Of a stretch of 64,000 bases of DNA, positions 1 to 10,012 are shown in pieces; within the stretch, counting starts at the first letter, position 1, and every line of letters begins with the position of its first letter. Source of the stretch: a candidate division Zixibacteria bacterium SM23_81 (GTDB lineage: Bacteria; SM23-81); contig LJUY01000007.1 in assembly GCA_001304015.1 (NCBI GenBank), positions 10,314 to 74,313 on the forward strand, in the 5' to 3' direction. Under the pieces are notes generated by a model, which did not search any database, had not been told where the DNA came from, and saw nothing but the letters and a program-made list of their open reading frames with translations. Both the position numbers and the translations under genes were made by a program.

Positions 1-2700
1 GCCGGCCACCGAGCGGCCGATGGAATCGTAGAACTCCGGGGTTTTAGACCGCCACACCAAGCTTCCCGAGGAAGCATTCAGGGCGTTCATGTACCGCTCC
101 GGCGAGGTGAAAAAGACTTTGTTACCTCCCCACACCGGCCAGGCAGCCGCCGCGCTGTAGTAACGGCTGGCGCTGGTGGGACTTTGCCAGCGCCATTGCT
201 GGGCATGAGTGTTGATGTTTACGGCGTAGAAGTAGGAATCCCAACTGCCGAAATAGACCAGACTATCTTGCACCAGGGGCCGGGTCTCGATCATCCCGCC
301 GGTGGAGAAGGACCACAGCTCATCTCCCGTGGCCTTGTGCACCGCGTACAGCTTGTGGTCACCGCAGCCCACATAGACCACTGTGTCCGCCACGGTGGGA
401 TGGCTCATGATGGTGCCGCCAGCCTTGAAGCTCCACTCCTCTGAGCCGTCGAAGACGTCCAGGGCGTAAAGGGTGCTGTCGCAGGAGCCGATGAACACCA
501 GGTCGCCATCCACCGCCGGGGAGGAGACCACCTCGCTGCCGGTCTGGAAATCCCACAGCCAGTTTCCGGTGAAAAGATCCAGGCAGGTGACCTTCCCCTC
601 CAGTGTGCCGAAATAGACCCGCTCAGCATCGGCCGCCGGGGAGGACTGGATGGTGCCTCCGGCCTGGTAGCGCCAGACCGCCTTGGGATAGCCGTTCTCC
701 ACGTAGATGTTGGTGGATTTGTACCAGGTGTAGGAGGCCGACATCAGCCGCACCTGCACCTGATGGGCTCCGTTCATCAAGCCCGTGGTGGAGCCCGAAC
801 CGCTCCAGTTGGAGCCCAGGCCGCTCATGCTCTGCCAGCCATTATCGTCGAACTGGAACTCCGCCGCGGTGATGGTTTCCGGATGGCCACTGATGGTCAC
901 GTCGATGTTGGAGGTGCCGGAGATCAGCGCATCCTCCGTGGGTTGGTTAAAGGTGATGGTGGGATACGTGGGTACCGGCAGGTTGACGGTGACCCAAGGC
1001 GACTGGGTGGGACCGCCGGTGGGCCGATAGGAGACGGTGACCTGGCTCTCGGTGATCTCCACGATGTTGTAGCCCGGCCCGAGGCCCCCGGGCCCGGGCC
1101 CGAAGGGAGATTCCCCCTCCACGCCCACCAGGCTCTCGAAATCGAACAGGACGTTGGAGTGGCCGTGGGCCACGAAGCAGATGATCACGTTGTAGGGCTT
1201 GAGGATGTCCAGCAATTTGGATTTGTTGGCCAGAGCCCAAGAGCCGGCGTCGGCAGGATGATGCCAGACGGTGAATATGGGGGTATTAGGCAGCAATGAG
1301 GCCAGATCGTCCTGTAGCCACTCAAATTGGGTCACATCCATGCTGCCCTCGCCCCGCAGCCAGGTGCCTGAGTTGAGCATGATGAAATGATATCCTTTGT
1401 GATCGAAGGAATAGTATGGATCGCCGAACAGATCCCGATATTTCTCTAAACCGGCCTCGGGCCACTTGGTGTCGTGGTTGCCGGGCACCTCGTAGTGGGG
1501 TATGGTCAATGCGTCCAGGTAGGTCTTGTATTGATCGAACATCCAGTTGTCGCCGAACTCGGTCAGGTCGCCTCCCACCAGGACGAAATCGATATCTGCA
1601 AGTGTGTTGATGTCGGGTACCGCCGCTGCGGTGCCGGCGCTGCCCCCGGCGTCGCCTACGTGGGTGTCGGCCATGTAGATGAACTTGAACACCTTGTTGA
1701 GCATGACGTCGGCGCCGGTCACGTTGCCGCCAGAGACGGTCGTGTTGGCCAGGGTGGCGGCGTCGGTGGCGTAGCCGGTGGCTTTGACCACGATGTCGTA
1801 GGTCCCGTCGGGGAAGTCCACCAGGGTGTAGGAGCCCCCTCCGGCGGCGGTGCTGTCCCTATCCAGGACGTGCTGGGTGTCGTTCTCGTAGGCGGTGATC
1901 TCGGCCACGGCCGTGGGGGAGCCGTCGCTGAAGGAGATGCTCCCGCCGATGGTGTAGAAGGGTCCCGCAGAGCGCTGCATGACCACGTCCTGACCGGTAA
2001 CGTCGTCCCCGGAGATGACCACGCTGTCGATGGTTGCTGTGTCGTAACGCACCGAGGTGAACTCCAGGTCGTAGTCACCATCGAACAGGTCGTCGATGGA
2101 GTAACTGCCTCCGCCGGGGGCCGTCTCGTCCTGCCCAACCAGATTGGAGGTGCCATACTCATAGGCCTTGATCGAGGCGATGTCGATGGGCGAGCTATCG
2201 CTGAAGCTGACCGAGCCCTGGATGGAGTGGGTGGGGGTCAGGTAGACCCAGCGGATGGCATCGGCGACGACAAAGGATCCGACAGTGAATAAGTCGGTAA
2301 CGATTATTGTAGCTGAAGATGTGAAATCCCACGTGCCCAACGGATGCCAACCGTCACCTTCGTTATATTGGTCACGATATACAGTATCGATGCCTCCTGT
2401 GTGTTGAACGATATACTGAGCGTCCTGGGCATAGGTGCCATTGTTTACCCAGAACCACACCTCATAGTCTCCATCGTAATCCAAAGAAGTAGAATAAGTG
2501 GCAGTCTCCATGCCACTTCCTCCAGGATTGTGATAGTGTTTCTCGCCATCGTAGTTATTACCCCAGGTGCTGATCGACCAGCTGCCCACGAAGACGGCGT
2601 CGTCATCGTCCACGATGACCTCGTAGGCCGCCAGAGCTAGGCTCGGCAGAACGGCCGTCACGACGAGAGCCAAGAGAGCGCAAACAAAGGTTCTGTTCAC
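1..2700 (-). CDS. Large secreted modular protein (partial, runs off left edge): signal peptide, golvesin-like beta-sandwich, two carboxypeptidase-regulatory-like domains, calcineurin-like metallophosphoesterase, PQQ/BamB-like beta-propeller
   Basis: Not in ORF track because no stop lies in the window. Manual translation: AGGAGG RBS, GTG at 2700, MNRTFVCALLALVVTAVLPSLALA signal. Metallophosphoesterase motifs MADTH, GGDLT, PGNHD, WHHP, AHGH; PQQ-type repeats WRYQAGGTIQSSP, WDFQTGSEVVSSP, WSFKAGGTIMSHP. Frame stays open to position 1. Confidence 0.88.
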   Translation of the reverse strand, partial: MNRTFVCALLALVVTAVLPSLALAAYEVIVDDDDAVFVGSWSISTWGNNYDGEKHYHNPGGSGMETATYSTSLDYDGDYEVWFWVNNGTYAQDAQYIVQHTGGIDTVYRDQYNEGDGWHPLGTWDFTSSATIIVTDLFTVGSFVVADAIRWVYLTPTHSIQGSVSFSDSSPIDIASIKAYEYGTSNLVGQDETAPGGGSYSIDDLFDGDYDLEFTSVRYDTATIDSVVISGDDVTGQDVVMQRSAGPFYTIGGSISFSDGSPTAVAEITAYENDTQHVLDRDSTAAGGGSYTLVDFPDGTYDIVVKATGYATDAATLANTTVSGGNVTGADVMLNKVFKFIYMADTHVGDAGGSAGTAAAVPDINTLADIDFVLVGGDLTEFGDNWMFDQYKTYLDALTIPHYEVPGNHDTKWPEAGLEKYRDLFGDPYYSFDHKGYHFIMLNSGTWLRGEGSMDVTQFEWLQDDLASLLPNTPIFTVWHHPADAGSWALANKSKLLDILKPYNVIICFVAHGHSNVLFDFESLVGVEGESPFGPGPGGLGPGYNIVEITESQVTVSYRPTGGPTQSPWVTVNLPVPTYPTITFNQPTEDALISGTSNIDVTISGHPETITAAEFQFDDNGWQSMSGLGSNWSGSGSTTGLMNGAHQVQVRLMSASYTWYKSTNIYVENGYPKAVWRYQAGGTIQSSPAADAERVYFGTLEGKVTCLDLFTGNWLWDFQTGSEVVSSPAVDGDLVFIGSCDSTLYALDVFDGSEEWSFKAGGTIMSHPTVADTVVYVGCGDHKLYAVHKATGDELWSFSTGGMIETRPLVQDSLVYFGSWDSYFYAVNINTHAQQWRWQSPTSASRYYSAAAAWPVWGGNKVFFTSPERYMNALNASSGSLVWRSKTPEFYDSIGRSVAG

Positions 2701-2758
2701 GTTGCCTCCTTGTGAGATTGAAAAATGACATGAAATCGCTTTCACAAGTACCTTTAAC

Positions 2759-2788
2759 ATCTTAACACAAAATGGAAGAGCATGTCAA
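2759..2788 (-). promoter_or_regulatory. Sigma70-type promoter for the 1..2700 gene
   Basis: Minus strand TTGACA-18 nt-TAAGAT, about 60 nt upstream of the GTG start. Confidence 0.6.
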
Positions 2789-2997
2789 GAGATTTTTTGG
2801 GAAATCGTTGTCCGTGAATCGTGATTCGTGAATCGCGTTCGTTTGCTCGGTAAACTGGCAATATCTTCATTAATAGGAGGGACCTCCTGACCTCGATATC
2901 CGCAGAGGCGGCGGCCTCCGCGGTGCCAAAATTCATTGTAAATTACACAGTGCAAATTTTGAATTTGCCCCTCCCAAACCCGGAAGCATCACTATCT

Positions 2998-3224
2998 TGT
3001 CATTCTGAGGGAAGCCTGAGCAAAAGCGAAGGCGACCGAAGAATCTCAGGCGACAGGTTTTAATATGCCCGCATGACTTTGACCACCTCTTTCTGCGCCC
3101 CTTAAGACTATCAGCAGAGATTCTTCGCTTCACTCCACTAGATCCGCTTAGGTTGGATTTCTGCGTCTCATTGCCCATTGGACAAGAAAGCGGTTTATTA
3201 ACCTGCCCTTCGCTCAGAATGACA
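2998..3224. repeat. REP/MITE-like inverted-repeat element, copy 1
   Basis: Perfect 12-bp terminal IR TGTCATTCTGAG (2998-3009) / CTCAGAATGACA (3213-3224); inner IR CGAAGAATCTC / GAGATTCTTCG. Confidence 0.8.
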
Positions 3225-3290
3225 TGAAAAGTAGATTGCTGCTTATTTTCTAGCTTTCCTTTCATTCAGCCTATTAGCATACTTCTTCAA

Positions 3291-3419
3291 TATCATTCTA
3301 ATGAAGGGTGCTCTGAGCTCTGGCGAAGGCGACCGAAGAATCTGCTTTTATTCTTTTCCACCCCACCACCCTAAAAGCAGATTCTTCGTCACTCACTTCA
3401 CTCGTGATTCAGAATGACA
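3291..3419. repeat. REP/MITE-like inverted-repeat element, copy 2
   Basis: Ends TATCATTCT / AGAATGACA; perfect 17-bp inner IR 3334-3350 / 3372-3388; shares the 21-mer GCGAAGGCGACCGAAGAATCT (3323-3343) with copy 1 (3026-3046). Confidence 0.8.
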
Positions 3420-3494
3420 AATCTTTTTGGATTTTCACGATTCCCCAGTCTCCAGTCTCAAGTCTCCTGTTTCGATTCCCTATTCTCTTTCATT

Positions 3495-3518
3495 AAAAAG
3501 GGCGAGCGGCGCTCGCCC
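3495..3518 (-). terminator. Intrinsic terminator after the SSS transporter
   Basis: GGGCGAGC-ggc-GCTCGCCC stem followed by T5 on the minus strand, just downstream of the stop at 3541. Confidence 0.65.
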
Positions 3519-3540
3519 CCACTGCCAACTGCCACTTTTT

Positions 3541-5010
3541 TTAACTGCCTCCTACCTCCTGCATCCCGCCTCCTGGCTTTCCCAATCCATCCAAAGCATA
3601 CCCCAGCACAAAGGTCCACAGCATGCCGATGACCACGATCCACGGCCAGCTGATGTGCAGGACAGGCTCCAGCTTGAAGATGATCAGAGTCACGACCACG
3701 CTGGAGAACATGGCCATGATGTTGCCCAGGTTCGAGCCGCGCTTGACCAAAACGCCCAGCAGGAATACGCCCAACATGCCCCCGTAAGTGAAGCCAACGA
3801 TCCTTAAGCCCAGCCAGAGGACTCCCTCCACATTGCGGCACGCGATGGCGATGGCCACTAGGATGGCACAGAACAGAACCACGAACCATCGAGACGCGCG
3901 CAGGTAGTGCTTTTCCGTGGCCTTCTTCCTGATGTAAGGCTTATAGATGTCTACAACGGCGCTGGAAGAAAGGGCTCCCAGGGCCGAATCGGTGCTGGAC
4001 ATAGCCGCTGCCAACACCCCGGCGATGAGCAAACCCCGAAGGCCCACGGGTAACTGGGTCATGATGAAGAAGGGGAAGACGCGGTCCGTCTGAGCCGGGA
4101 GGTTGGGGTCGGGGTAGAAGTGGTAGAAGACGAACAGCAGGGTGCCAATGCTCAGGAAGAGCATCACCAGGGGAAAATCGATGATGCCGGTGAGAACGAT
4201 GGACTTCTGGGCTTCCCGGGTCCTTTTAGTGGTCAACATGCGCTGGGCCAGGTCCTGATCGGTCCCCAGGGCAGCGAAGGTCTGGATACAGCCGTTGACC
4301 AGACCCACAAGCAGGATTCTGGGATTGTTCAGGGAGATGCCCAGGTCAAAAGCGCGCAGCTTGCCCAGAGGCCCGGCCACGCTGGTGACGCCTTCCCAGC
4401 CCCCGGGAATCTTGGTGAGCAAGTAGATCGCTGCCAGTAGGGCTCCACCCAGGAACACGGTGATCTGGAGCACATCCGTCCAGACCACTGCCTTGATGCC
4501 TCCCAGGCCGGTATAGGCCATGGCCACCAGGGCCATGATCCCGATGCAGGGGATGATGGGCCATCCGGTGACCACCGAGACAGCGATGGAAGCGCCGAAG
4601 AGTCGCACCCCGCTGGCCAGAAGCCGGGTGACGAAGAAGAACAGGGTGGCGGTGTTGCGAGTTCCCGTGCCGAACCGCTGAACCAGATATTCGTAAACGG
4701 TGGTGACCCTTCCCCGGTAGAAGGCGGGCATAAACAGGAGGGCTATGCCCAGGCGGCCCAGCATGGAACCGAAGGCGAACTGGATATAGGCGTGATCGGC
4801 CCGAAAAGAGTCGGCGGGCACCCCGATGAAGGTCAGGGCGCTGAGCTCGGTGGCCAGGATGGAGAAGCAGACGGCCAGCCAGGGAATTTTCCGGCCGCCC
4901 AGGAAGAAATCTTCGGTGTCTCTCTCCCGACGCCCGAAGATGTACCCCACCGTGCCCAGGGAGCAAAAGTAGAGGATCAGTATGGTGAAATCGATCCCAG
5001 AAAGTCGCAT
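3541..5010 (-). CDS. Sodium:solute symporter (SSS family; sugar/amino-sugar-like)
   Basis: About 13 TM helices; DFFLGGRKIPW, SILATELSALTFIGVP, GGIKAVVWTD, DQDLAQR, AAAMSS motifs. Confidence 0.92.
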   Translation of the reverse strand: MRLSGIDFTILILYFCSLGTVGYIFGRRERDTEDFFLGGRKIPWLAVCFSILATELSALTFIGVPADSFRADHAYIQFAFGSMLGRLGIALLFMPAFYRGRVTTVYEYLVQRFGTGTRNTATLFFFVTRLLASGVRLFGASIAVSVVTGWPIIPCIGIMALVAMAYTGLGGIKAVVWTDVLQITVFLGGALLAAIYLLTKIPGGWEGVTSVAGPLGKLRAFDLGISLNNPRILLVGLVNGCIQTFAALGTDQDLAQRMLTTKRTREAQKSIVLTGIIDFPLVMLFLSIGTLLFVFYHFYPDPNLPAQTDRVFPFFIMTQLPVGLRGLLIAGVLAAAMSSTDSALGALSSSAVVDIYKPYIRKKATEKHYLRASRWFVVLFCAILVAIAIACRNVEGVLWLGLRIVGFTYGGMLGVFLLGVLVKRGSNLGNIMAMFSSVVVTLIIFKLEPVLHISWPWIVVIGMLWTFVLGYALDGLGKPGGGMQEVGGS

Positions 5011-5122
5011 GAAAGCTCCTTTTGAATAGGGAAAAAATTTAAGGAGTTAAGGATTCAGGGCTCTGGGATGCCCTTTGCCCAAGCCAGGGAAGCCACTTCG
5101 CTGGTTCGTTATGGGTCACATT

Positions 5123-6628
5123 CTAAACTCTCTCTATTTTATCTGTAATTTCATCTATAGGCACATAATCTGCCAATACAGGAAAATTGTCTAGACGTTT
5201 GGCAATGGCTGCCTGAAGGAAGCAGTTCACCCACCAGAAGATGTTGTATTTACGAATTGATTGGCGGAGTTTCTTCATGCGTGACCGTCTTTCCTCCTGG
5301 GGCATCCGAAATGCTTGATAGATTGCTTCAGCCATTCCCTCGATGTCGTGAGGGTTCACCAATAGCGCGCTCTTTTGTAACTGGGCCGTTGCGCCGGCAA
5401 ACTCGCTCAATATCAGCACCCCATTCTCCTCCAAATTTGAAGCACAATATTCCTTGGCCACCAAGTTCATGCCGTCCTTCAGAGGAGTAAGCAGGGCTAT
5501 CTCGGCAGTGCGATAGTAAGCAAGGAGTTCTTTCCGCTCCAAACTTCGAAAAATATAATGGATGGGCACCCAGCCAGATCGAGTAAATTGCCCGTTAATT
5601 TCGCCCACCAGACGTTCAATTTCCGTTTTGAGATCTCGGTATTTAGGGATGCCCCTGCGGCTGGGCACCAGAACCTGGATGAGCACAACTTTCTCTTGCA
5701 AATTCGGAAATCGGCTTAGGGCGTTTCTGAAAGCCTTGAGCTTTTCGGGAATACCTTTGGTATAATCCAGCCGGTCCACACCGAGGATGATCTTTTGGTG
5801 TGGTAAATCCTCATGGATGTACCAAGCTCTATTGGCCACTTCTTTTTCCTTGGCTAGTTTGGCAAATTCATTAAAATCGATGCTGATGGGAAAAGCGCCA
5901 ACTCTGAGCTTTCGATTGCCGAACCTGAGGGTGAGCACCTGACCCCTGCCAAATATATTCGTATCTTTAACTAGGGTTCGGACACACTGCACGAAATTGC
6001 GCCGGTCGCGCAGAGTTTGAAAACCTATTAGGTCGTATTCCAGAAGAGCACGCAAGATATGAAAGCGCCAGGGGAGTTTGAGAAAGATATCCAGCGAGGG
6101 GAAAGGGGTATGGAGGAAAAACCCGCTTCTGGAATTGCTTCCCAGGTCCCGCAGCGCCTTGGCCACTCCCATGAGGTGATAATCATGAACCCAGATGAAA
6201 TCGTCTGTTCTGCTGTTTTGGGCGATGACCTGGGCAAATTTTTTGTTGACTCTCTGGTATGCAAACAAATAGTCAGGTCTGAAGTTGCAGTATGACTGAA
6301 GATCGTGGAAGAGAGGCCAGAGCACTTCGTTCGAAAAGCCTCTGTAATATTTGCTCCTGTCCTCAGCTGTGAGCATCACTGGCTTCAGTGTATAGCCCGA
6401 ATCTTTGGTTGCACTGGCCAGAAGTTTATCCATCTCGACATCATGTTTTGCCGCTGTGCCTGGCCAGCCAATCCATATTCCCCCGCGGTCGCGTAAAACT
6501 GGTGCGAGAGCTGTCACCAGACCACCTGTACCACGCTTGAGTTGCCACTGGTCCTTCTTTCCCCTTGTGAGCACAATTGGCAGGCGATTGGAGACGATGA
6601 TGAGGCGGTTTTCTGGGATTTTATTCAT
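5123..6628 (-). CDS. otsA: Trehalose-6-phosphate synthase (GT20)
   Basis: [56 protein letters not shown]. Confidence 0.95.
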   Translation of the reverse strand: MNKIPENRLIIVSNRLPIVLTRGKKDQWQLKRGTGGLVTALAPVLRDRGGIWIGWPGTAAKHDVEMDKLLASATKDSGYTLKPVMLTAEDRSKYYRGFSNEVLWPLFHDLQSYCNFRPDYLFAYQRVNKKFAQVIAQNSRTDDFIWVHDYHLMGVAKALRDLGSNSRSGFFLHTPFPSLDIFLKLPWRFHILRALLEYDLIGFQTLRDRRNFVQCVRTLVKDTNIFGRGQVLTLRFGNRKLRVGAFPISIDFNEFAKLAKEKEVANRAWYIHEDLPHQKIILGVDRLDYTKGIPEKLKAFRNALSRFPNLQEKVVLIQVLVPSRRGIPKYRDLKTEIERLVGEINGQFTRSGWVPIHYIFRSLERKELLAYYRTAEIALLTPLKDGMNLVAKEYCASNLEENGVLILSEFAGATAQLQKSALLVNPHDIEGMAEAIYQAFRMPQEERRSRMKKLRQSIRKYNIFWWVNCFLQAAIAKRLDNFPVLADYVPIDEITDKIERV

Positions 6629-6638
6629 AGACCTTTAT

Positions 6639-7730
6639 CTATTTGGGAGGTTCTTTTCTCTCTAGCGCGGGGATACTGGCTTCCTCTTCCTTCATGTAGA
6701 TGGTCTGCGTGGGATAGGCGAAGCCGATTTCCTCATCCTCGAATCGTTTATAAATGGCCAAATTGATGGCCTGCTGGATGTCCATATAGACGTTGTAGTC
6801 TGGTACTTGCACGTAATAGACCACCTCGAAATTCAGGGAGAAATCGCCATACTCCTTGAAGTGGGCACGATCAAAACGCGCCTTTTCCTGAGCCTCGACA
6901 ATCTCTCGCACCAGGTCGGGGATAGCGGCCAGCTTTTCATAAGGCGTCTGATAGGTGACACCGAAATGAAAGACAATCCGCCGTTCAAACATGCGCTTGT
7001 AATTGCGTATACGGCTTTGCAGCAGATCGTTGTTGGAGAAGACAAGCTGCTCTCCGTAAAGGCTACGGACGCGAGTGGTCTTCAAACCAATCTTTTCCAC
7101 CGTTCCTAGAAGATCGCCCACGATGATGAAGTCTCCGATAACAAATGGTTTGTCCAGCACGATGGAAAGGGAGGCGAATAGGTCTCCGAGAATATTCTGG
7201 ACGGCCAGAGCCACGGCGATGCCGCCAACTCCCAAGCCGGCGACGAGGGTTGTGATGTCCACGCCCAGATTGTCAAGGACTAAAAGAAGAACAGCCGACC
7301 ATACGATCAATTTGCTAAGAAACCGCAAAGCGCTGTAAGTGGTCGCAGTTGCAGCATCCTCCTCCAACTTCCGCTTCATTTGACGCGTCAGCCAGAAGGA
7401 GATGAATCCGCTTGCCCAGATAGCCGCCTGAATCAGGAGGGCCAGCATAGCCACTGTTGTGATCACTCGCGTTGCGGTCTGGGGTAAGCTCAGGGCGAAC
7501 GTGGCAAAATATATCGATACGATCAGCAAAAAGAATAGCTTTGTTCTGGCGATCAAATCAGCCACAAGGTCGTCCAACTCCGTCTTGGTTTTTTTGGCAA
7601 AAGCGCTCAAGCGCCGCAGGATAACACCGGTCAAAAGTTTCAACACGACCATGACGACGGCCATGAGCAGGAGAGCAAATAGCCAAGCTCGGACCGTGTT
7701 GCCGTAATACGTTGTGTCCCAGACGGTCAT
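6639..7730 (-). CDS. mscS: Small-conductance mechanosensitive channel
   Basis: GLGVGGIAVALAVQNILGDLFASLSIVLDKPFVIGDFI, GTVEKIGLKTT. Likely start ATG 7730 overlapping the otsB stop (ATGA); the ORF track extends to 7799. Confidence 0.92.
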   Translation of the reverse strand: MTVWDTTYYGNTVRAWLFALLLMAVVMVVLKLLTGVILRRLSAFAKKTKTELDDLVADLIARTKLFFLLIVSIYFATFALSLPQTATRVITTVAMLALLIQAAIWASGFISFWLTRQMKRKLEEDAATATTYSALRFLSKLIVWSAVLLLVLDNLGVDITTLVAGLGVGGIAVALAVQNILGDLFASLSIVLDKPFVIGDFIIVGDLLGTVEKIGLKTTRVRSLYGEQLVFSNNDLLQSRIRNYKRMFERRIVFHFGVTYQTPYEKLAAIPDLVREIVEAQEKARFDRAHFKEYGDFSLNFEVVYYVQVPDYNVYMDIQQAINLAIYKRFEDEEIGFAYPTQTIYMKEEEASIPALERKEPPK

Positions 7731-8527
7731 CTCCCCCCCCCACGAGTTTTGTGCCAGCGCAATAAAAACTCCAACAACTCTTCCGGCGGAGTCAGCCATA
7801 AATCGGCAGCTGTCGAGCGATACTCATCCCGAACCAGGATGCCAAGCCCTTTTCCTTTAATGGCCTTGAAAGCATCTTCGTCGGTAATGTCGTCGCCCAG
7901 ATAGGCTGCCACAGAGTCGTTGCCCATCTCCGCTAAGATAGTCTTCACCGCGTAGCCCTTATTTCTGCCGGGCACACGGAGCTCTAGGCCACCGTCGAAT
8001 TCACTCAGCATGAGTCCTGTTTTTTTCGCCAACAGCGTCCATTTCGTAATGGCTTTGGAGTGAATCCCACGGATCTTTTCCTGGGTTAAGCCACGCCAGT
8101 GAAGCGCGAGACAGCCAGGCTTGTGTTCACATCGGTCTGCCAATCCTTTTTCCTCCACCCATCTGTCGGCCTCGGCCAGGCCTATCAAAGCCCTCTCATC
8201 AAATTCGGCTATTTGGTGAGTTCCATCAGTCCGTAAACGCTCCCAGCCATGGGAGCCCCATATCTCGGGAAGAGGATCAAACCCCAAAAGAGGAATTAAA
8301 TCCTTCGTCCATCGCCCGCTGATGAGAACCACACGAGTGCGCTGTCCTTTGAGAAGCTTGTTTAAGATGCTGCGGACGCCTGGATATGGAACTGCCTTCT
8401 CGGCTTGGACCCGAAAGGGCGCCAGGGTTCCGTCATAGTCGAGCATGAGAGCACATTGAGGTGCCGCTTTTAATGCCTGAAAAAATGACTTCAGCAATTG
8501 AGGCGAATGGGATGTTTTGGAGAGCAA
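7727..8527 (-). CDS. otsB: Trehalose-6-phosphate phosphatase (HAD)
   Basis: LDYDGTL, ISGR, GSHGWE, NKG, YLGDDITDEDAF. Confidence 0.93.
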   Translation of the reverse strand: MLSKTSHSPQLLKSFFQALKAAPQCALMLDYDGTLAPFRVQAEKAVPYPGVRSILNKLLKGQRTRVVLISGRWTKDLIPLLGFDPLPEIWGSHGWERLRTDGTHQIAEFDERALIGLAEADRWVEEKGLADRCEHKPGCLALHWRGLTQEKIRGIHSKAITKWTLLAKKTGLMLSEFDGGLELRVPGRNKGYAVKTILAEMGNDSVAAYLGDDITDEDAFKAIKGKGLGILVRDEYRSTAADLWLTPPEELLEFLLRWHKTRGGGR

Positions 8528-8587
8528 AGTTTAGCCTTTCAATTGTATGATGAGCTACATTTGATTTGTCTTGCTATTGCCCTTATT

Positions 8588-8623
8588 CGGGAACCGGGGA
8601 CCGGGATCCGGGAACCGGGAATC
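8588..8623. repeat. Degenerate heptamer tandem array (CGGGAAC-like x5)
   Basis: cgggaac cggggac cgggatc cgggaac cgggaat. Confidence 0.8.
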
Positions 8624-8770
8624 CTGCTAGGCTGCTTACTGCCTATGGCTGCTGTCAGTGCCAATTAGCATTAGGTTTTTCACGATTCTAGGGTCTCGGC
8701 TTTTCAAAGATCAATCGAATTTCACGAATAATTCGAGCTATTGAAGGCAAAAGAGGTTTCGTCAGTACCG

Positions 8771-10012
8771 TCAAGCTAACTCAATTCTCTCCTCCTTGCC
8801 GTGAAGGAGGGCTAGCATCAGGGTGAAGTATTCTCGCAAGTGCCTGGTGATGAGAAAATTCTCCCGAACGAACTGTTTGGCCTTCCGTCCCATCTCCTCC
8901 AGCTTTTCCCTGTGATAGAGCAGATACCTGATGCGCAGGGCGGCACCTTCCGGGCTGTTCACCAAAAAGCCGGTGTGATGGTTTACAACCTGAATCCGGA
9001 TGCCTCCGGTGTCGCCTCCGATAACGGGCTTGTTCTTCCACATGGCCTCAGTTACGGTGAGGCCAAAGCCTTCTTTAATAGATTTTTGCACAATGATATC
9101 TGCTGCTCGCTGGAGAGCGTTGATAGTGCGATGGTCATCGCCTGGCAAGAGGAGAATGTGTATGTCAGGATCATCGACGGCGGCTGCCCTGACCTCATTG
9201 AGCACGATTTTCCCCTCTGGGTCATCGCTGGCGCCCCCTCCAGCGAGGACAAGTTGTAATGAAGGGACGAATTCCTTAGCCAATTTATAGGTTTGAATGA
9301 CTCCCAGCGGATCCTTGAATCGGTCATAGCGGGAAACCTGCACAATAACTGGTCGTTGCGTTTCAATTGCGAAGCGCTCGCAAACAGAACGCATCTCATC
9401 TTCGTTCAGCTCGATGTTTTTCTCATGTAATGGGTCTATGCTGGGGGGGATTAAATACACGGGATGGGGTAGCGATTGCGCAAAGGTCGATAGGGAGAAA
9501 ATGCTGGCGTCATAGGAGGATACAAAAGTCCTGAGATACTTCCAGACCGGTCGAAATGGCTTGTTGGCATCTATGTGGCAACGCCATATCCATCGGCCCT
9601 TACGGCCTGCAATATGGTGTGCCAGGGGAGCGGGCTGAGGATCGTGAACAAAGACGAAATCTGCATCCCGCACTTTCTCAGCAAGCATTTCCGCGTTACG
9701 GGCATTTGTCTCTTCATAGGTGCGCAACAGAGAGTCGGGAATTTCAGTCCGTTCTCCCTGTATGGCATTGTGCATGCTTTTGGTACATTGGAAGAACTTG
9801 GAGTCACCGGTTATGCTCTCCCAGCTCGCCTGGATTCCCAGCTCTACCATAAGAGGAACCATTTTGTGCAATATCTCAGCGACACCTCCACCCACCTTAG
9901 TGGAATTTATATGAACCACCTTTAACCCTCTCAGGCGGTCTGCCAGTTGATGCAGATGGTCAACCACATCTTGGCCAGCAATTTTCGCGTACATCTGTAA
10001 GGAGTGTTTCAT
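8771..10012 (-). CDS. treT: Trehalose synthase-type GT4 glycosyltransferase
   Basis: HINSTKVGGGVAEIL, HDPQP, WIWRCHID, QVSRYDRFKDPLGV, EGFGLTVTEAMWK. Confidence 0.88.
   Translation of the reverse strand: MKHSLQMYAKIAGQDVVDHLHQLADRLRGLKVVHINSTKVGGGVAEILHKMVPLMVELGIQASWESITGDSKFFQCTKSMHNAIQGERTEIPDSLLRTYEETNARNAEMLAEKVRDADFVFVHDPQPAPLAHHIAGRKGRWIWRCHIDANKPFRPVWKYLRTFVSSYDASIFSLSTFAQSLPHPVYLIPPSIDPLHEKNIELNEDEMRSVCERFAIETQRPVIVQVSRYDRFKDPLGVIQTYKLAKEFVPSLQLVLAGGGASDDPEGKIVLNEVRAAAVDDPDIHILLLPGDDHRTINALQRAADIIVQKSIKEGFGLTVTEAMWKNKPVIGGDTGGIRIQVVNHHTGFLVNSPEGAALRIRYLLYHREKLEEMGRKAKQFVRENFLITRHLREYFTLMLALLHGKEERIELA

Noticed and set aside
184-2640. Many plus-strand ORFs (e.g. 1474..2292, 763..1299)
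   Set aside because: Antisense shadows of the real minus-strand gene 1..2700; no motifs
2933-3265. 110-aa ORF in the intergenic gap
   Set aside because: Translates the inverted-repeat element; no protein signature
2998-3419. Possible CRISPR array (21-bp direct repeat)
   Set aside because: Only two copies ~300 bp apart, embedded in inverted repeats; no regular spacers and no cas genes
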